From assembly GCF_000008565.1 (NCBI RefSeq), contig NC_001263.1:735776-767775 (forward strand): a stretch of 32,000 nucleotides of DNA. The letters are read 5' to 3'. This DNA is from Deinococcus radiodurans R1 = ATCC 13939 = DSM 20539 (lineage in GTDB: Bacteria > Deinococcota > Deinococci > Deinococcales > Deinococcaceae). This document shows positions 17,194 to 25,904 of the stretch, in pieces. Position numbers and translations under genes: made by a program. Within the stretch, counting starts at the first letter, position 1, and the number at the start of each line of letters is the position of its first letter. Under the pieces are notes generated by a model. It was given only the letters and a program-made list of their open reading frames with translations. It searched no databases and had not been told where the DNA came from.

Positions 17194-18431
17194 ATGGCGC
17201 GGCGGGTGACCAGAGGAGCCGCGCCGCGCCTGGCCGGTGCCCTGCTTCTCACGGCGCTGCTTGCCGGGTGCTCGCCCAAGACCGAAACGAAAACCAACGA
17301 CCTCGACGCCGCGCTTCCCAAGACGACCACCCTCAGCGTGCAGACGGTGACGGCGAGGGCGGGCACGCTGACCGCCCAGCGCACGCGAGCGCGACCATTC
17401 ATGCCGAGCGCGACAGCCAGGTGGCGACCCAGTCCTCCGGCGCCGTGCAGAGCATTCCCGTGAGTCAGGGCCAGGCGGTGGCGAAAGGCGACGTGCTCGT
17501 CAAACTCGACGACACCGCTCAACAGCAAGCGCTCGACAACGCCCGGCTGCAACAGCGCCAGGCCCAGATCAGCCTCGACCAGACGCGGCAAAGTACGTCC
17601 CAGGGGACCGGCGCCCTGCAGGCGAGCGTGACCTCGGCGCAGGCGGCGCTCGCGCAGGCCGAGCAAAACGCCCAGAGCGCCGAGAAGCTCTACGGCCTCG
17701 GCGGCATCAGCCTCGCGGACGTGCAGGCGGCCCGCTCGCAGCTCGCGCAGGCCCAGGCGCAACTCGCGCAGGCCCGCAATACCCTGGAGCAAAACGGGCG
17801 CAGCGCCGGCAACTCGGTGCCGCTCGCGCAGGTGCAGCTCGACACGGCCCGCACTGCCGTGCGCCAGGCCGAGCAAAACCTCAGCCGCACCGCCGTCCGT
17901 GCCCCCTTCGCTGGTACGGTGGCCGACGTGCTGACCGAGGTCGGCGAGTTCGCCGGGCAGGGCACCCCGGTCATCCGCCTCGTGGACCCCGGCAGCGTCC
18001 GCGCCCGCGTGGGCGTGCCCACCGCCGACGCCGCCGCGCTCACCGAGGGCGTCAAGTTCAACCTCAGCTACGGCGGCAAAAGCTACGTGGCGACGGTGGT
18101 AGACAGCTCGGGTATCGCCGGCAAAGACCGCCTGGTGCCGATTACCGCGACCATTGAGGGCGGCAATGCTCTGCCCGTCGGCGCCGCCGCCCGCGCCAGC
18201 TACCGCGCCACACTCGGCAGCGGCCTGCTGATTCCGGCGAGTGCCCTTCAGGTGGAAGGCGGTGAAAACGCCGTCTACGTCGCCCGCAGTGGCAAGGCCG
18301 AGCGCGAAGTCGTGCAGGTCGTCGCCGAGAGCGGCAACCGGGTGGTGGTGTCGGGCCTTCAGGACGGCGACGCGGTCATCAGCCCCCTGCCCGCCGGGGT
18401 GCAGGACGGGGCGAAGGTGGTGGTGAAGTGA
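17194..18431 (+). pseudogene. RND efflux periplasmic adaptor (HlyD/MFP family), reading frame broken once
   Basis: The lipoprotein-type N-terminus is MARRVTRGAAPRLAGALLLTALLAGCSP. The frame switches by -1 near 17383-17390 into ...SATIHAERDSQVATQSSGAVQSIPVSQGQAVAKGDVLVKLDD..., which shows the typical MFP lipoyl, coiled-coil and beta-barrel order. Confidence 0.72.
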
Positions 18432-18471
18432 GGGCCATAGCGCACAGAGTCGAGGGCCGGGGGGGAGAAAA

Positions 18472-18615
18472 CCCCTCACCCCTTGCTGCGCAAGGCCCGC
18501 TGCTTCGCAGCTTTGCAAGTCTCCCCTTGGGAGAGGGTCAACAGCGCAAAAACCTTAAGCCTTCTATGACCCTCGCCCCTTGCGGGAGAGGGCCTGCCGC
18601 AGCAGGGGTGAGGGG
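18472..18615. repeat. ~145-bp imperfect palindromic intergenic repeat (MITE- or SNR-like) between the adaptor and RND genes
   Basis: The termini are CCCCTCACCCCTTGCTGCG (left) and CCGCAGCAGGGGTGAGGGG (right), which are inverted. Internal hairpins include CTCCCcttGGGAG and GAGGGTCA...TGACCCTC. A related half-copy lies at 22190-22238. Confidence 0.75.
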
Positions 18616-18659
18616 GCCAGCCCGTCCTGTCTTTCCCCACACGCCCCCCAGGTCACCCC

Positions 18660-21600
18660 ATGAGCACCCACTTCGACGAAGCCGAATTCAGGTCCGGCGG
18701 CACCCTGCCCGACGGCACACCCGAGCCGCAGATTCACCCGCTGGTGCGCTTCAGCGTCAAGAACTACGTCTTTTCCATCGGCATCTTCGTGATGGTGGTC
18801 CTGCTGGGGCTGGTGGCGACCTTCCGGCTGGGGGTCGAGCTGCTGCCCAACTTCGAGGTGCCGGTGCTGGCGGTGAGCACGTCCTACCCCGGCGCCAATC
18901 CCGACCAGGTGGACCGCGAGGTCAGCCGCCGGGTGGAAGACGCGGTGAGCACGCTCTCGGGCGTCACCGACATCAACACGACCTCGGTCAGCAATCAGTC
19001 GGCGGTGGTTATCACCTTCAGCGACTCGACCAACATTGACTCGGCGGCCAACTCGGTGTCGCAGGCGGTGGCGGCGATTCGCGGCACCCTGCCCGACGGC
19101 GCGGAGGCTCCGGTGGTGCAGAAATTCGACCCCAACGCCCAGCCGATTCTGACGCTGGCGCTGCTCGGCGGCGCGGCGCGGCCCAGCGAGGTGACGACCT
19201 TTGCCGAGGACACGCTGGTGCCCCGCCTGCAACGGGTGGAGGGCGTGGCCGACGTGACCGTGACCGGCGGGCCCGAGCGGCAGGTGCAGGTCTTGCTTGA
19301 CCCGGCGCGGCTGCAAGGCTTTGACCTCGCGCCCGCACGAATCAGCGGGGCCATCGGTTCCTCGGCGCTCGACCTGCCTGCCGGGACGCTCGACCGGGGC
19401 GGCTCGACCACCTCCTACAGCACCCGCAACACCCCGCGCAGCGCCGCCGACGTGGCGCGCATCGTGGTGGACCCGTCCACCGGCCTGCGCGTGAGCGACG
19501 TGGCGACGGTGCGTGACGCCAGCGCGGCGGCCAACAGCTACGCCCGCGTCAACGGGCAGCCCGCCGTGCTGCTCGGCGTCCGCAAGGCGAGCGGCACCAA
19601 CTCGGTGGCCGTGACCGACAACGTGCGCGCGGCGATGGAAGCCCAAAAGCTCCCGCCGGGCTACCGCCTCACCCTCGCCAGCGACACCACGACCAGCACG
19701 CGGGCCACAGTGAACGACACCTTCCGGGAATTCCTGATTGCGGTGGGCGCGGTAGGTCTGATTTGCCTGCTGTTCCTGGGACGGCTCAACACCGTGTTCG
19801 CCGTCATTCTCGCCATTCCGATTTCCATCAGCGCCGCGCCGCTGCTCTTCGGGACGCTCGGCTTTACCTTCAACATCATCACGCTGCTCGCCATCATCGT
19901 CGCCATCGGCATCGTGGTGGACGACTCTATCGTGGTGGCGGAGAACGTGCAGCGCTACCGCGACCTGGGCTACTCGCCGCTGCGGAGTGTGCTGCTCGGC
20001 GGCTCGGAAGTGTTTTCCGCCGTCACCGCCGCGAGTTTCTCGCTGCTGGCGGTCCTCATTCCGCTGAGCCTGATGCCGGGCATCCTGGGGCAGTTCTTCA
20101 AACAGTTCGGGCTCGGCATCGCCGCCGCCATCGTGCTGAGCTGGCTGGAAAGTCTGCTGTTCCTCACCGTCCGCATGGCGTACACCCGCGAACCCGCCCG
20201 CATCACCTGGGCTGACCTGCCCGCTGTGCTGCGCCGGCTGCCGCTCACTTTCCGCGAGTCGCTGAGCGGCGTGAAGACCTTCTGGGGCCTGCTCGGGCTG
20301 GCGCTGGCCGGGGCCGCGACGTACTTTGGCCTGCACCGCGCCGGGCTGCCCGCTGCCGCCGCCGGGGTGCTGTGCGTCCTCCTCGCGCCGGTCGTGCTGA
20401 CTGTCGTCCGCTACCTCCTCACGGTGCTGTATGCCCTGCTCGAAGCGCTGACCGAGACGCTCCACACCCTCACGCTGAGTGGCGTCAACCGCGCGGCCAA
20501 AGCCTACGCCCGCTCGCTGGCAGGCGCCCTGCGGCGGCCCGGCGTGGTGATGCTGGTCGCGGGCCTCTTTCTGCTCAGTGCGCCGCTCGCCCTGCGCGGG
20601 CTGGGCTTTGCCTTCGTCCCGGCGAGCGACAGCGGCATTGCGACCATCAGCCTGACCCTGCCGGTGGGCACGCCGCTGGCCGTGACGGATGAGCTGACCC
20701 GGCAGGTGGAAGACAAGCTGCTCGCGCACCGTGAAGTCAAGCTGGTGCAGACCGCTTCGGGCAGCAGCGGGGTCCTCGGCGGTGCTAACGCCAACACCTC
20801 CGACCTCACGCTGACGCTGATTCCCAAAGCCGAGCGTCCCGGCATCGACGAGTTGCTGGAACGCTACCGCCGTGAACTTGCCCCGCTGGTCGCCCGCTAC
20901 CCCGGCACCGAATTGCTGGTGGCGGGGCAGGCGGTGGGGCCGGGCGACAGTTCGGACATCTCGCTCGCGCTCACCGCCCCGAGTCAGTCGCTGCTCGAAG
21001 AACGCAACCGCGCGGTGGTCCGGCTGCTGAGTGCCGACCCCAACATCCGCACGGTGAAAAGCAGCCTCTCGGCCACCCGGCAGGAGCGCACCTTCGTTCC
21101 CGACCCGCTGCGGCTGAGCGGCACGGGCCTGAGTGCGAGCGACGTGGCGCAGGCGCTGCGAACCTACAACGACGGCACCGTGGCCGGGCAGGTCCGCGAC
21201 GGCGACCGCAGCGTGGACATCGTGGTGCGGCTCGACCCCGCGCTGGTGTCGGGCGAACAGAGTCTGCTCTCGCAGACGCTCTACTCGCAGGCCCTCGGCG
21301 CCAACGTGCCGCTCTCCAGCCTGGGCCGCTTCGAGGTCGCGCAGGCGCCCGCCACGCTGCGGCGCTTCAACAAGGCGTACACCGCCACGCTCGACATCAA
21401 CCTCGTGTCGGGCGGTCCCAACCCCTTCGCCTATCAGAAAGACGTGCAGCAGCGCGTCGAAAAGGCCGGGCTGCTCGCGGGCGGCGTGACCCTCGGCAAC
21501 GCCAACTCCTTCGGCAGCGCGGGGCTGACCGGCGACCTGCTGTTCTACGGCCCGATTCTGATGGTGGCGGCGGTGCTGCTCACTTATCTGGTGCTGGGCA

Positions 21601-22070
21601 GTCAGTTCAACTCGTTCCGTTACCCGATTTATCTGTTGCTCCCGATTCCGCTCGCCATCGTGGGGGCGCTGTGGACGCTGCACCTGTTTGGCGTCAATCT
21701 GGACGTGATTACGGTGCTGGGGATGGTGATTTTGCTCGGCCTCTCCACCAAAAACTCCATCCTGTACCTCGAATTCGTGACCGAACGCGCCCGCGTCCTG
21801 CCGCTGCACGAGGCGCTGCTCGAAGCCGCCGAACTGCGGTTTCGCCCCATCCTGATGACCACGCTGACGGTGCTGGTGATTTCCATTCCCCTCATCCTCG
21901 GCCACGGCGAGGGCGCCGAATTCCGCCGCGGCCTGGGCATCGTGATTCTGGGGGGCGTGGTGACGAGCACCCTGCTGACCTTCTACGTGGTGCCGAGCGT
22001 CTTCTGGCAGTTCGAGAAAAAGCGCATGGCCACGCCACAACCGAAATTGGAGCCGGTGGCTGGAGACTGA
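18660..22070 (+). CDS. RND family efflux permease (AcrB/HAE-type)
   Basis: 1136-aa ORF with the usual 12-TM, two-large-loop RND layout ([20 protein letters not shown]..., [13 protein letters not shown]..., [12 protein letters not shown]..., ...[13 protein letters not shown]...). The start is uncertain because neither an RBS nor a -10 box precedes 18660. Confidence 0.9.
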   Translation: MSTHFDEAEFRSGGTLPDGTPEPQIHPLVRFSVKNYVFSIGIFVMVVLLGLVATFRLGVELLPNFEVPVLAVSTSYPGANPDQVDREVSRRVEDAVSTLSGVTDINTTSVSNQSAVVITFSDSTNIDSAANSVSQAVAAIRGTLPDGAEAPVVQKFDPNAQPILTLALLGGAARPSEVTTFAEDTLVPRLQRVEGVADVTVTGGPERQVQVLLDPARLQGFDLAPARISGAIGSSALDLPAGTLDRGGSTTSYSTRNTPRSAADVARIVVDPSTGLRVSDVATVRDASAAANSYARVNGQPAVLLGVRKASGTNSVAVTDNVRAAMEAQKLPPGYRLTLASDTTTSTRATVNDTFREFLIAVGAVGLICLLFLGRLNTVFAVILAIPISISAAPLLFGTLGFTFNIITLLAIIVAIGIVVDDSIVVAENVQRYRDLGYSPLRSVLLGGSEVFSAVTAASFSLLAVLIPLSLMPGILGQFFKQFGLGIAAAIVLSWLESLLFLTVRMAYTREPARITWADLPAVLRRLPLTFRESLSGVKTFWGLLGLALAGAATYFGLHRAGLPAAAAGVLCVLLAPVVLTVVRYLLTVLYALLEALTETLHTLTLSGVNRAAKAYARSLAGALRRPGVVMLVAGLFLLSAPLALRGLGFAFVPASDSGIATISLTLPVGTPLAVTDELTRQVEDKLLAHREVKLVQTASGSSGVLGGANANTSDLTLTLIPKAERPGIDELLERYRRELAPLVARYPGTELLVAGQAVGPGDSSDISLALTAPSQSLLEERNRAVVRLLSADPNIRTVKSSLSATRQERTFVPDPLRLSGTGLSASDVAQALRTYNDGTVAGQVRDGDRSVDIVVRLDPALVSGEQSLLSQTLYSQALGANVPLSSLGRFEVAQAPATLRRFNKAYTATLDINLVSGGPNPFAYQKDVQQRVEKAGLLAGGVTLGNANSFGSAGLTGDLLFYGPILMVAAVLLTYLVLGSQFNSFRYPIYLLLPIPLAIVGALWTLHLFGVNLDVITVLGMVILLGLSTKNSILYLEFVTERARVLPLHEALLEAAELRFRPILMTTLTVLVISIPLILGHGEGAEFRRGLGIVILGGVVTSTLLTFYVVPSVFWQFEKKRMATPQPKLEPVAGD

Positions 22071-22102
22071 ACCCTCGCTGAAACCGTGAAGAAATGGCGC
22101 AT

Positions 22103-22136
22103 GTGCGGCCCTCTCCTACTAAGGAAGAGGGCCGCA
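22103..22136 (+). terminator. strong hairpin downstream of the RND gene
   Basis: GTGCGGCCCTCT (22103-22114) pairs with AGAGGGCCGCAC (22125-22136), a 12-bp perfect stem. No clear U-tract follows. Confidence 0.6.
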
Positions 22137-22189
22137 CGCTGTAGGGACGGGCTCATAAAGTTCTCTAAAGCATTTGACAGAAAAAGACA

Positions 22190-22238
22190 CCCTCACCCCT
22201 GCCTTCGGCAGGCCCTCTCCCATCAAGGTAGAGGGTCA
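22190..22238. repeat. half-copy of the same palindromic repeat family
   Basis: CCCTCACCCCTGCCTTCGGCAGGCCCTCTCCCATCAAGGTAGAGGGTCA aligns closely with the reverse complement of the right arm of the 18472-18615 element (CCCCTCACCCCTGCTGCGGCAGGCCCTCTCCCGCAAGGGGCGAGGGTCA). Confidence 0.7.
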
Positions 22239-22260
22239 AAAATGCTCTAGAAAAGGCGAA

Positions 22261-22566
22261 TCAGTGAACTTTATTGCGGCTGCAAGGGAGCCAGTACAGC
22301 CCGGCGTTGGCCTCGTTCGGGTTGGTCGAGCCCCAGCACCAGCCCTTGGCCCGGATGCGGCGCAGCGTGGCGTCACGTTTGTCGCACATGCTCTGGGTGC
22401 TTTTGGAAGAGTGCGCCGACTGGCAGACCTTCTCCTGGGCGATGGCCTGATGAATCAGCGACCGGACGGCGGGGTCGTGGGGCTGGTGGCTGGTGCCGAT
22501 TGCGCCTGCACCAGCGGTTGAGGTGAGCAGGGTCGCGGCGAGCAAGAGGGGACGCAGAGTGTTCAT
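22261..22566 (-). CDS. small secreted Cys-containing protein (hypothetical, 101 aa)
   Basis: I start the gene at the ATG at 22566. The signal peptide is MNTLRPLLLAATLLTSTAGAGA. The mature part has four Cys residues (VCQSAH, SMCDK, GWCWG, LPCSR). I recognise no domain. Confidence 0.55.
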   Translation of the reverse strand: MNTLRPLLLAATLLTSTAGAGAIGTSHQPHDPAVRSLIHQAIAQEKVCQSAHSSKSTQSMCDKRDATLRRIRAKGWCWGSTNPNEANAGLYWLPCSRNKVH

Positions 22567-22725
22567 GGCTGCACTGTGCGGGGGCAAGGTTGGAGGCGCG
22601 TGAAAAGTGACTTCAGGGGTTAGCGACCGCCGCTCATGTGCGGGAGGTCTTCCCGTTCGGCCCTCAGCCCCCTCGTTACTGCTCACGGAGGGGCTTTTGC
22701 ATTTGCCCCCCGCCGTGTATATGCA

Positions 22726-22731
22726 TAGAAT
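22726..22731 (+). promoter_or_regulatory. -10 box TAGAAT inside a GAATATTC palindrome, leaderless-type promoter of argR
   Basis: TAGAAT lies 7 nt upstream of the ATG at 22739. The palindrome GAATATTC (22728-22735) overlaps it. Confidence 0.5.
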
Positions 22732-22738
22732 ATTCAGA

Positions 22739-23212
22739 ATGCTGGGCAAGGAAATCGGAAAAGACCAACGACAAAAGCGCATTCAGGACATCATCCTGCG
22801 GGAGAGTGTGTCCACGCAGGCCGAACTGGTCAAGCTGCTGGCGAAAGAAGGCGTGCAGGTCACGCAGGCCACCGTCAGCCGCGACATCAACGAGCTGCGG
22901 CTGGTGCGGGTGCCCATCGGCAAGGGGCGGCACCGCTATGCCCTGGCGCAGTACGGCGGCGACAGCGACATCGAGGAGCAGCTCGCCCGCCTCTTTCAGA
23001 GCTTCGTGCAGGACGTGGACCGGGGCGAGAACATCCTGGTCATCCGCACCGCCGACGGGCACGCCTCGGGGGTCGCGCTGCTGCTCGACCGCTGGAAGCG
23101 CGACGACATCGTGGGTACGCTGGCGGGCGAGGACACCATCATGGTTGTGGCCCGCTCCACCCATGACGGCGAGAGCCTGATGGAAGAATTCAACGCGCTG
23201 ATGCTGGGGTAA
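22739..23212 (+). CDS. argR: arginine repressor
   Basis: [59 protein letters not shown] is an ArgR wHTH. The C-terminal oligomerisation and arginine-binding part contains [12 protein letters not shown]. At 157 aa the size is typical, and tracked ORF 22607 gives an over-long N-terminus. Confidence 0.9.
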   Translation: MLGKEIGKDQRQKRIQDIILRESVSTQAELVKLLAKEGVQVTQATVSRDINELRLVRVPIGKGRHRYALAQYGGDSDIEEQLARLFQSFVQDVDRGENILVIRTADGHASGVALLLDRWKRDDIVGTLAGEDTIMVVARSTHDGESLMEEFNALMLG

Positions 23213-23239
23213 CAGCTCTCACAGCCCAGTCCAGAGCAC

Positions 23240-23278
23240 AAAAAAGGCCCCCTTCCACACCTGGGAAGGGGCTTTTTC
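23240..23278. terminator. bidirectional Rho-independent terminator between argR and the response regulator gene
   Basis: An A-run lies at 23240-23245. The stem pairs CCCCTTCC (23249-23256) with GGAAGGGG (23264-23271). A T-run follows at 23273-23277. Confidence 0.8.
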
Positions 23279-23297
23279 CTGGGCTGTTTCGGGCCGC

Positions 23298-23975
23298 TTA
23301 TTCTTCGCGCAGCACGTAGCCGACGCCGCGCACCGTGTGAATCAGACGCCGCTCTCCGCCTTCTTCGAGCTTGCGGCGCAGGTAGCCGATGTACACGTCC
23401 ACCACGTTGCTGCCGCCGGTATACTCGGGCCAGACCTTTTCCTCGATTTCAAAGCGCGAAAAGACCTTACCGGGGTTGCGGGCGAGCAGTTCGAGCAGTT
23501 CGAATTCCTTCGCCGAAAGTTCGACCCGGCGTCCGCCCCGGAAAATCTCGCGTCCATCGAGGTTCATCACCAGGTCGGCCACCCGCACTTCGCCCGTCAC
23601 GGCGGGGTTGACTCGCCGCAGATGGGCGCGGACGCGGGCCAGCAGTTCCTCGATGGAAAAGGGCTTGATGAGGTAGTCGTCGGCGCCCGAGTCCAGGCCC
23701 TCCACCTTGTCCTGAATGCCGTCCTTGGCGGTCAGGATGATGATGGGGGTGTTGCTCGTCTTGCGGATGCGGCGGGCGACCTCAAGGCCGTCGAGGACCG
23801 GCAGCATCAGGTCGAGAATCACCAGATCGGGGTTGACTTCGCGGAATTTCGACAAGCCGGTCACGCCGTCAAAGGCCACCTCGGTGGCGTAGCCCTCGGC
23901 GGCCAGTTCCAGCTCGATGAAGCGGGCAATATCTTTTTCGTCTTCGATGACGAGGACGAGCGGCTTGCGTTCCAT
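23298..23975 (-). CDS. OmpR/PhoB-family DNA-binding response regulator
   Basis: 225 aa. The receiver domain has [20 protein letters not shown] and ILTAKD. The winged-helix output domain has [22 protein letters not shown]...[12 protein letters not shown]...[11 protein letters not shown]. Confidence 0.92.
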   Translation of the reverse strand: MERKPLVLVIEDEKDIARFIELELAAEGYATEVAFDGVTGLSKFREVNPDLVILDLMLPVLDGLEVARRIRKTSNTPIIILTAKDGIQDKVEGLDSGADDYLIKPFSIEELLARVRAHLRRVNPAVTGEVRVADLVMNLDGREIFRGGRRVELSAKEFELLELLARNPGKVFSRFEIEEKVWPEYTGGSNVVDVYIGYLRRKLEEGGERRLIHTVRGVGYVLREE

Positions 23976-23981
23976 GCCCGC

Positions 23982-23987
23982 AGTGTA
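23982..23987 (-). promoter_or_regulatory. -10 box TACACT (minus strand), leaderless-type promoter of the response regulator
   Basis: The minus strand reads TACACTgcgggcATG, placing the hexamer 6 nt from the start. Confidence 0.5.
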
Positions 23988-24096
23988 ATGAGTGCTCTCA
24001 TGAGAAGGCGGCGCCCCGTCCTTAAGTTCTATTCATCACAAATGCTGGCGGGGGCGGGCAGCGCTGGGCCGTCACGCGGGTCACAGGTGAGCGCCG

Positions 24097-24102
24097 TACA
24101 CT
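24097..24102 (+). promoter_or_regulatory. -10 box TACACT, leaderless-type promoter of the histidine kinase
   Basis: The plus strand reads TACACTgccggacGTG, placing the hexamer 7 nt from the start. It is nearly the mirror image of the response regulator promoter. Confidence 0.5.
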
Positions 24103-24109
24103 GCCGGAC

Positions 24110-25810
24110 GTGACCACGGGCCGTTCCACTTCTTCGCCTTCCGCCTCGCCGGGCCAGGGCACGTCGGCGCAGGACCCGGCCCCCCGGCGCTGGCTGCTGC
24201 GGCCCTCGTCGCTGCAATTGCGGCTGACGTTGCTGTACGCGGCGCTGCTGGCGCTGATGCTCGCCTCGGTGTACGGTGCCGCGCTGGTGCTCATGCGCAG
24301 CAGCTTGATTACCGGGCTTGACGAGGGGATGCGCAACACTTACAGCCAGTTCAGCGAGCTGGTGGCGCAACTTGCCCTTGACTCGCCCACCACCGAGCAA
24401 GAGCGCGACAAGGAAGGCGTGCTGCCCCGCGCCCGCACGCTGTTTCCCAACGACGCGATTCAAATCGAGAAGCTGCCTTTCGTGGACCACGACCGGCTCC
24501 TGACCCGCCTGAGCGACGCCCAAAAGCCCGCGCAGCAGCGTCAGGAATTGCAGGTGGTGCGCTCGCAGCTCACGAAGTACCGCTACCCGGTCACGGTCAA
24601 CCGTGCTTCTCCGCTCGAACTCAGCGACGCCGAGCTGCTCGACCTTATCGAGTCGCCCACGGGCCGCATCTTCATCGCCCGGCAGATTCGTGAGCCCTAC
24701 AGCGACAAGACGGTGCCCTACCGCATCCTCGTGACATTGGCGGAGGTGCAGTACGCGCCGCGTCCCCTCGCTTCGCTACGCGACGGCGACGTGACGGTGG
24801 ATTTCATGCCGCCGCCGGTGCTTTCGATTATTTACGTAGGGCGCAGCGTGGCGGGCATCGAGGACACGCTGGGGCGGCTGCAACGGGTGTTCGCCATCGT
24901 GATGCTCTTCGGTGCTCTGCTCGCGGGCACGCTGGCTTACGTGCTGGCGGGCCGGGCGCTGCGGCCCCTGCAAGAAGTGCGCCAGGCTGCCGAGCGCATC
25001 GGGGGACAGACGCTGACCGAGCGCGTGCCCGAGCCCCAGACCGGCGACGAGGTGCAGGCCCTCGCCCGCTCGCTCAACGCCATGCTGGGGCGGCTGGAAG
25101 CGAGTTTCGAGGCGCAGCGCCGCTTTACCAGTGACGCCAGCCACGAGCTGCGGACGCCCGTCACTGCCATCAGCGGGCACGCGAGTTACCTGCTGCGCCG
25201 CACCAATCCCGGCGGGCAGGAGCGCGAGAGCCTCAACATCATCCGTTCAGAATCCGAGCGGCTGACCAACCTGATTACCAGCCTGCTGCAACTCGCCCGC
25301 TCCGACAGCGGGGCCCTGACCCTGAACCCCGCGCCGATTTTCTCGCGCCTCTTTCTGGACGACGTGAGCCGCGAACTCGCTCCGCTGGCGACCGGGGGCT
25401 CCGAGCTGCGGGTCAGCGGTCCCGACATTCCTTTCGAGGGCGACCCCGACCGGCTGCGGCAGGTCATTATCAACTTGGTCGGCAACGCGCTCAAGGCCGG
25501 GGCCAAGACGGTCACGCTGGAGAGCAGCTCGCAGGAAGAGGGCCGCGAGGTCCGCCTGAGCGTGCGCGACGACGGCCCCGGCATCCCGGCCGAGCACCTC
25601 TCGCGTCTCTTTGACCGCTTCTACCGCGTGGAAGACAGCCGCAGCCGCGACCAGGGCGGCGCGGGCCTGGGCCTGAGCATCGCGCACAGCATCGTGGACG
25701 CCCACGGCGGGCGCATCTGGCTGGAGAGCGAGGTCGGGCGCGGCACCGTGGCGCACGTCCAGCTCCTGGTGGGCGACGTGCCGGTGCTGGACGAAGACGA
25801 CGTGCCGTAG
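24110..25810 (+). CDS. sensor histidine kinase (two TM segments, periplasmic domain, HAMP, HisKA, HATPase_c)
   Basis: 566 aa. TM1 is [23 protein letters not shown] and TM2 is [22 protein letters not shown]. The HAMP region has RALRPLQEV...LNAMLGRLE. The H-box is [16 protein letters not shown], the N-box is LVGNALKAG, and the G-boxes are DDGPGIP and GGAGLGLSI. Confidence 0.92.
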   Translation: MTTGRSTSSPSASPGQGTSAQDPAPRRWLLRPSSLQLRLTLLYAALLALMLASVYGAALVLMRSSLITGLDEGMRNTYSQFSELVAQLALDSPTTEQERDKEGVLPRARTLFPNDAIQIEKLPFVDHDRLLTRLSDAQKPAQQRQELQVVRSQLTKYRYPVTVNRASPLELSDAELLDLIESPTGRIFIARQIREPYSDKTVPYRILVTLAEVQYAPRPLASLRDGDVTVDFMPPPVLSIIYVGRSVAGIEDTLGRLQRVFAIVMLFGALLAGTLAYVLAGRALRPLQEVRQAAERIGGQTLTERVPEPQTGDEVQALARSLNAMLGRLEASFEAQRRFTSDASHELRTPVTAISGHASYLLRRTNPGGQERESLNIIRSESERLTNLITSLLQLARSDSGALTLNPAPIFSRLFLDDVSRELAPLATGGSELRVSGPDIPFEGDPDRLRQVIINLVGNALKAGAKTVTLESSSQEEGREVRLSVRDDGPGIPAEHLSRLFDRFYRVEDSRSRDQGGAGLGLSIAHSIVDAHGGRIWLESEVGRGTVAHVQLLVGDVPVLDEDDVP

Positions 25811-25892
25811 GGAGACGGGGGAGAGGCAACTTCCCAGCTTCTCCATTGGTACCTCTGCGCCCCCGGCCACCTTCCCCCGCCCGCGCCCGCCC

Positions 25893-25898
25893 TAGACT
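25893..25898 (+). promoter_or_regulatory. -10 box TAGACT, leaderless-type promoter of the HtrA-like gene
   Basis: TAGACT lies 6 nt upstream of the GTG at 25905. Confidence 0.5.
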
Positions 25899-25904
25899 CG
25901 GCGG

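Noticed and set aside
14605-18431. Programmed ribosomal frameshifting as an explanation for the frame breaks in the OMF and adaptor genes.
   Set aside because: None of the switch regions has a slippery heptamer or a downstream pseudoknot-like signal. The required shifts have mixed sign (-1, +1, -1, -1). Mutation or sequencing indels are a simpler explanation.
18564-22040. A 1158-aa ORF on the minus strand, antisense to the RND pump gene.
   Set aside because: Its composition is dominated by R/G/A/H/Q/P and it shows no recognisable motif. The plus strand encodes a full-length RND permease. Long stop-free antisense frames are expected in DNA this GC-rich.
22721-22738. A canonical 18-bp ARG box (TNTGAATWWWWATTCANW) at the argR promoter.
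   Set aside because: Manual alignment matches the right half-site (ATTCA) but the left half is poor. Only the shorter GAATATTC palindrome is defensible.
23988-24001. The near-palindrome ATGAGTGCTCTCAT next to the response regulator promoter as a regulator binding site.
   Set aside because: It is only a 6-of-7 half-site match. OmpR-family regulators usually bind direct repeats. With no second copy, the signal is too weak to call.
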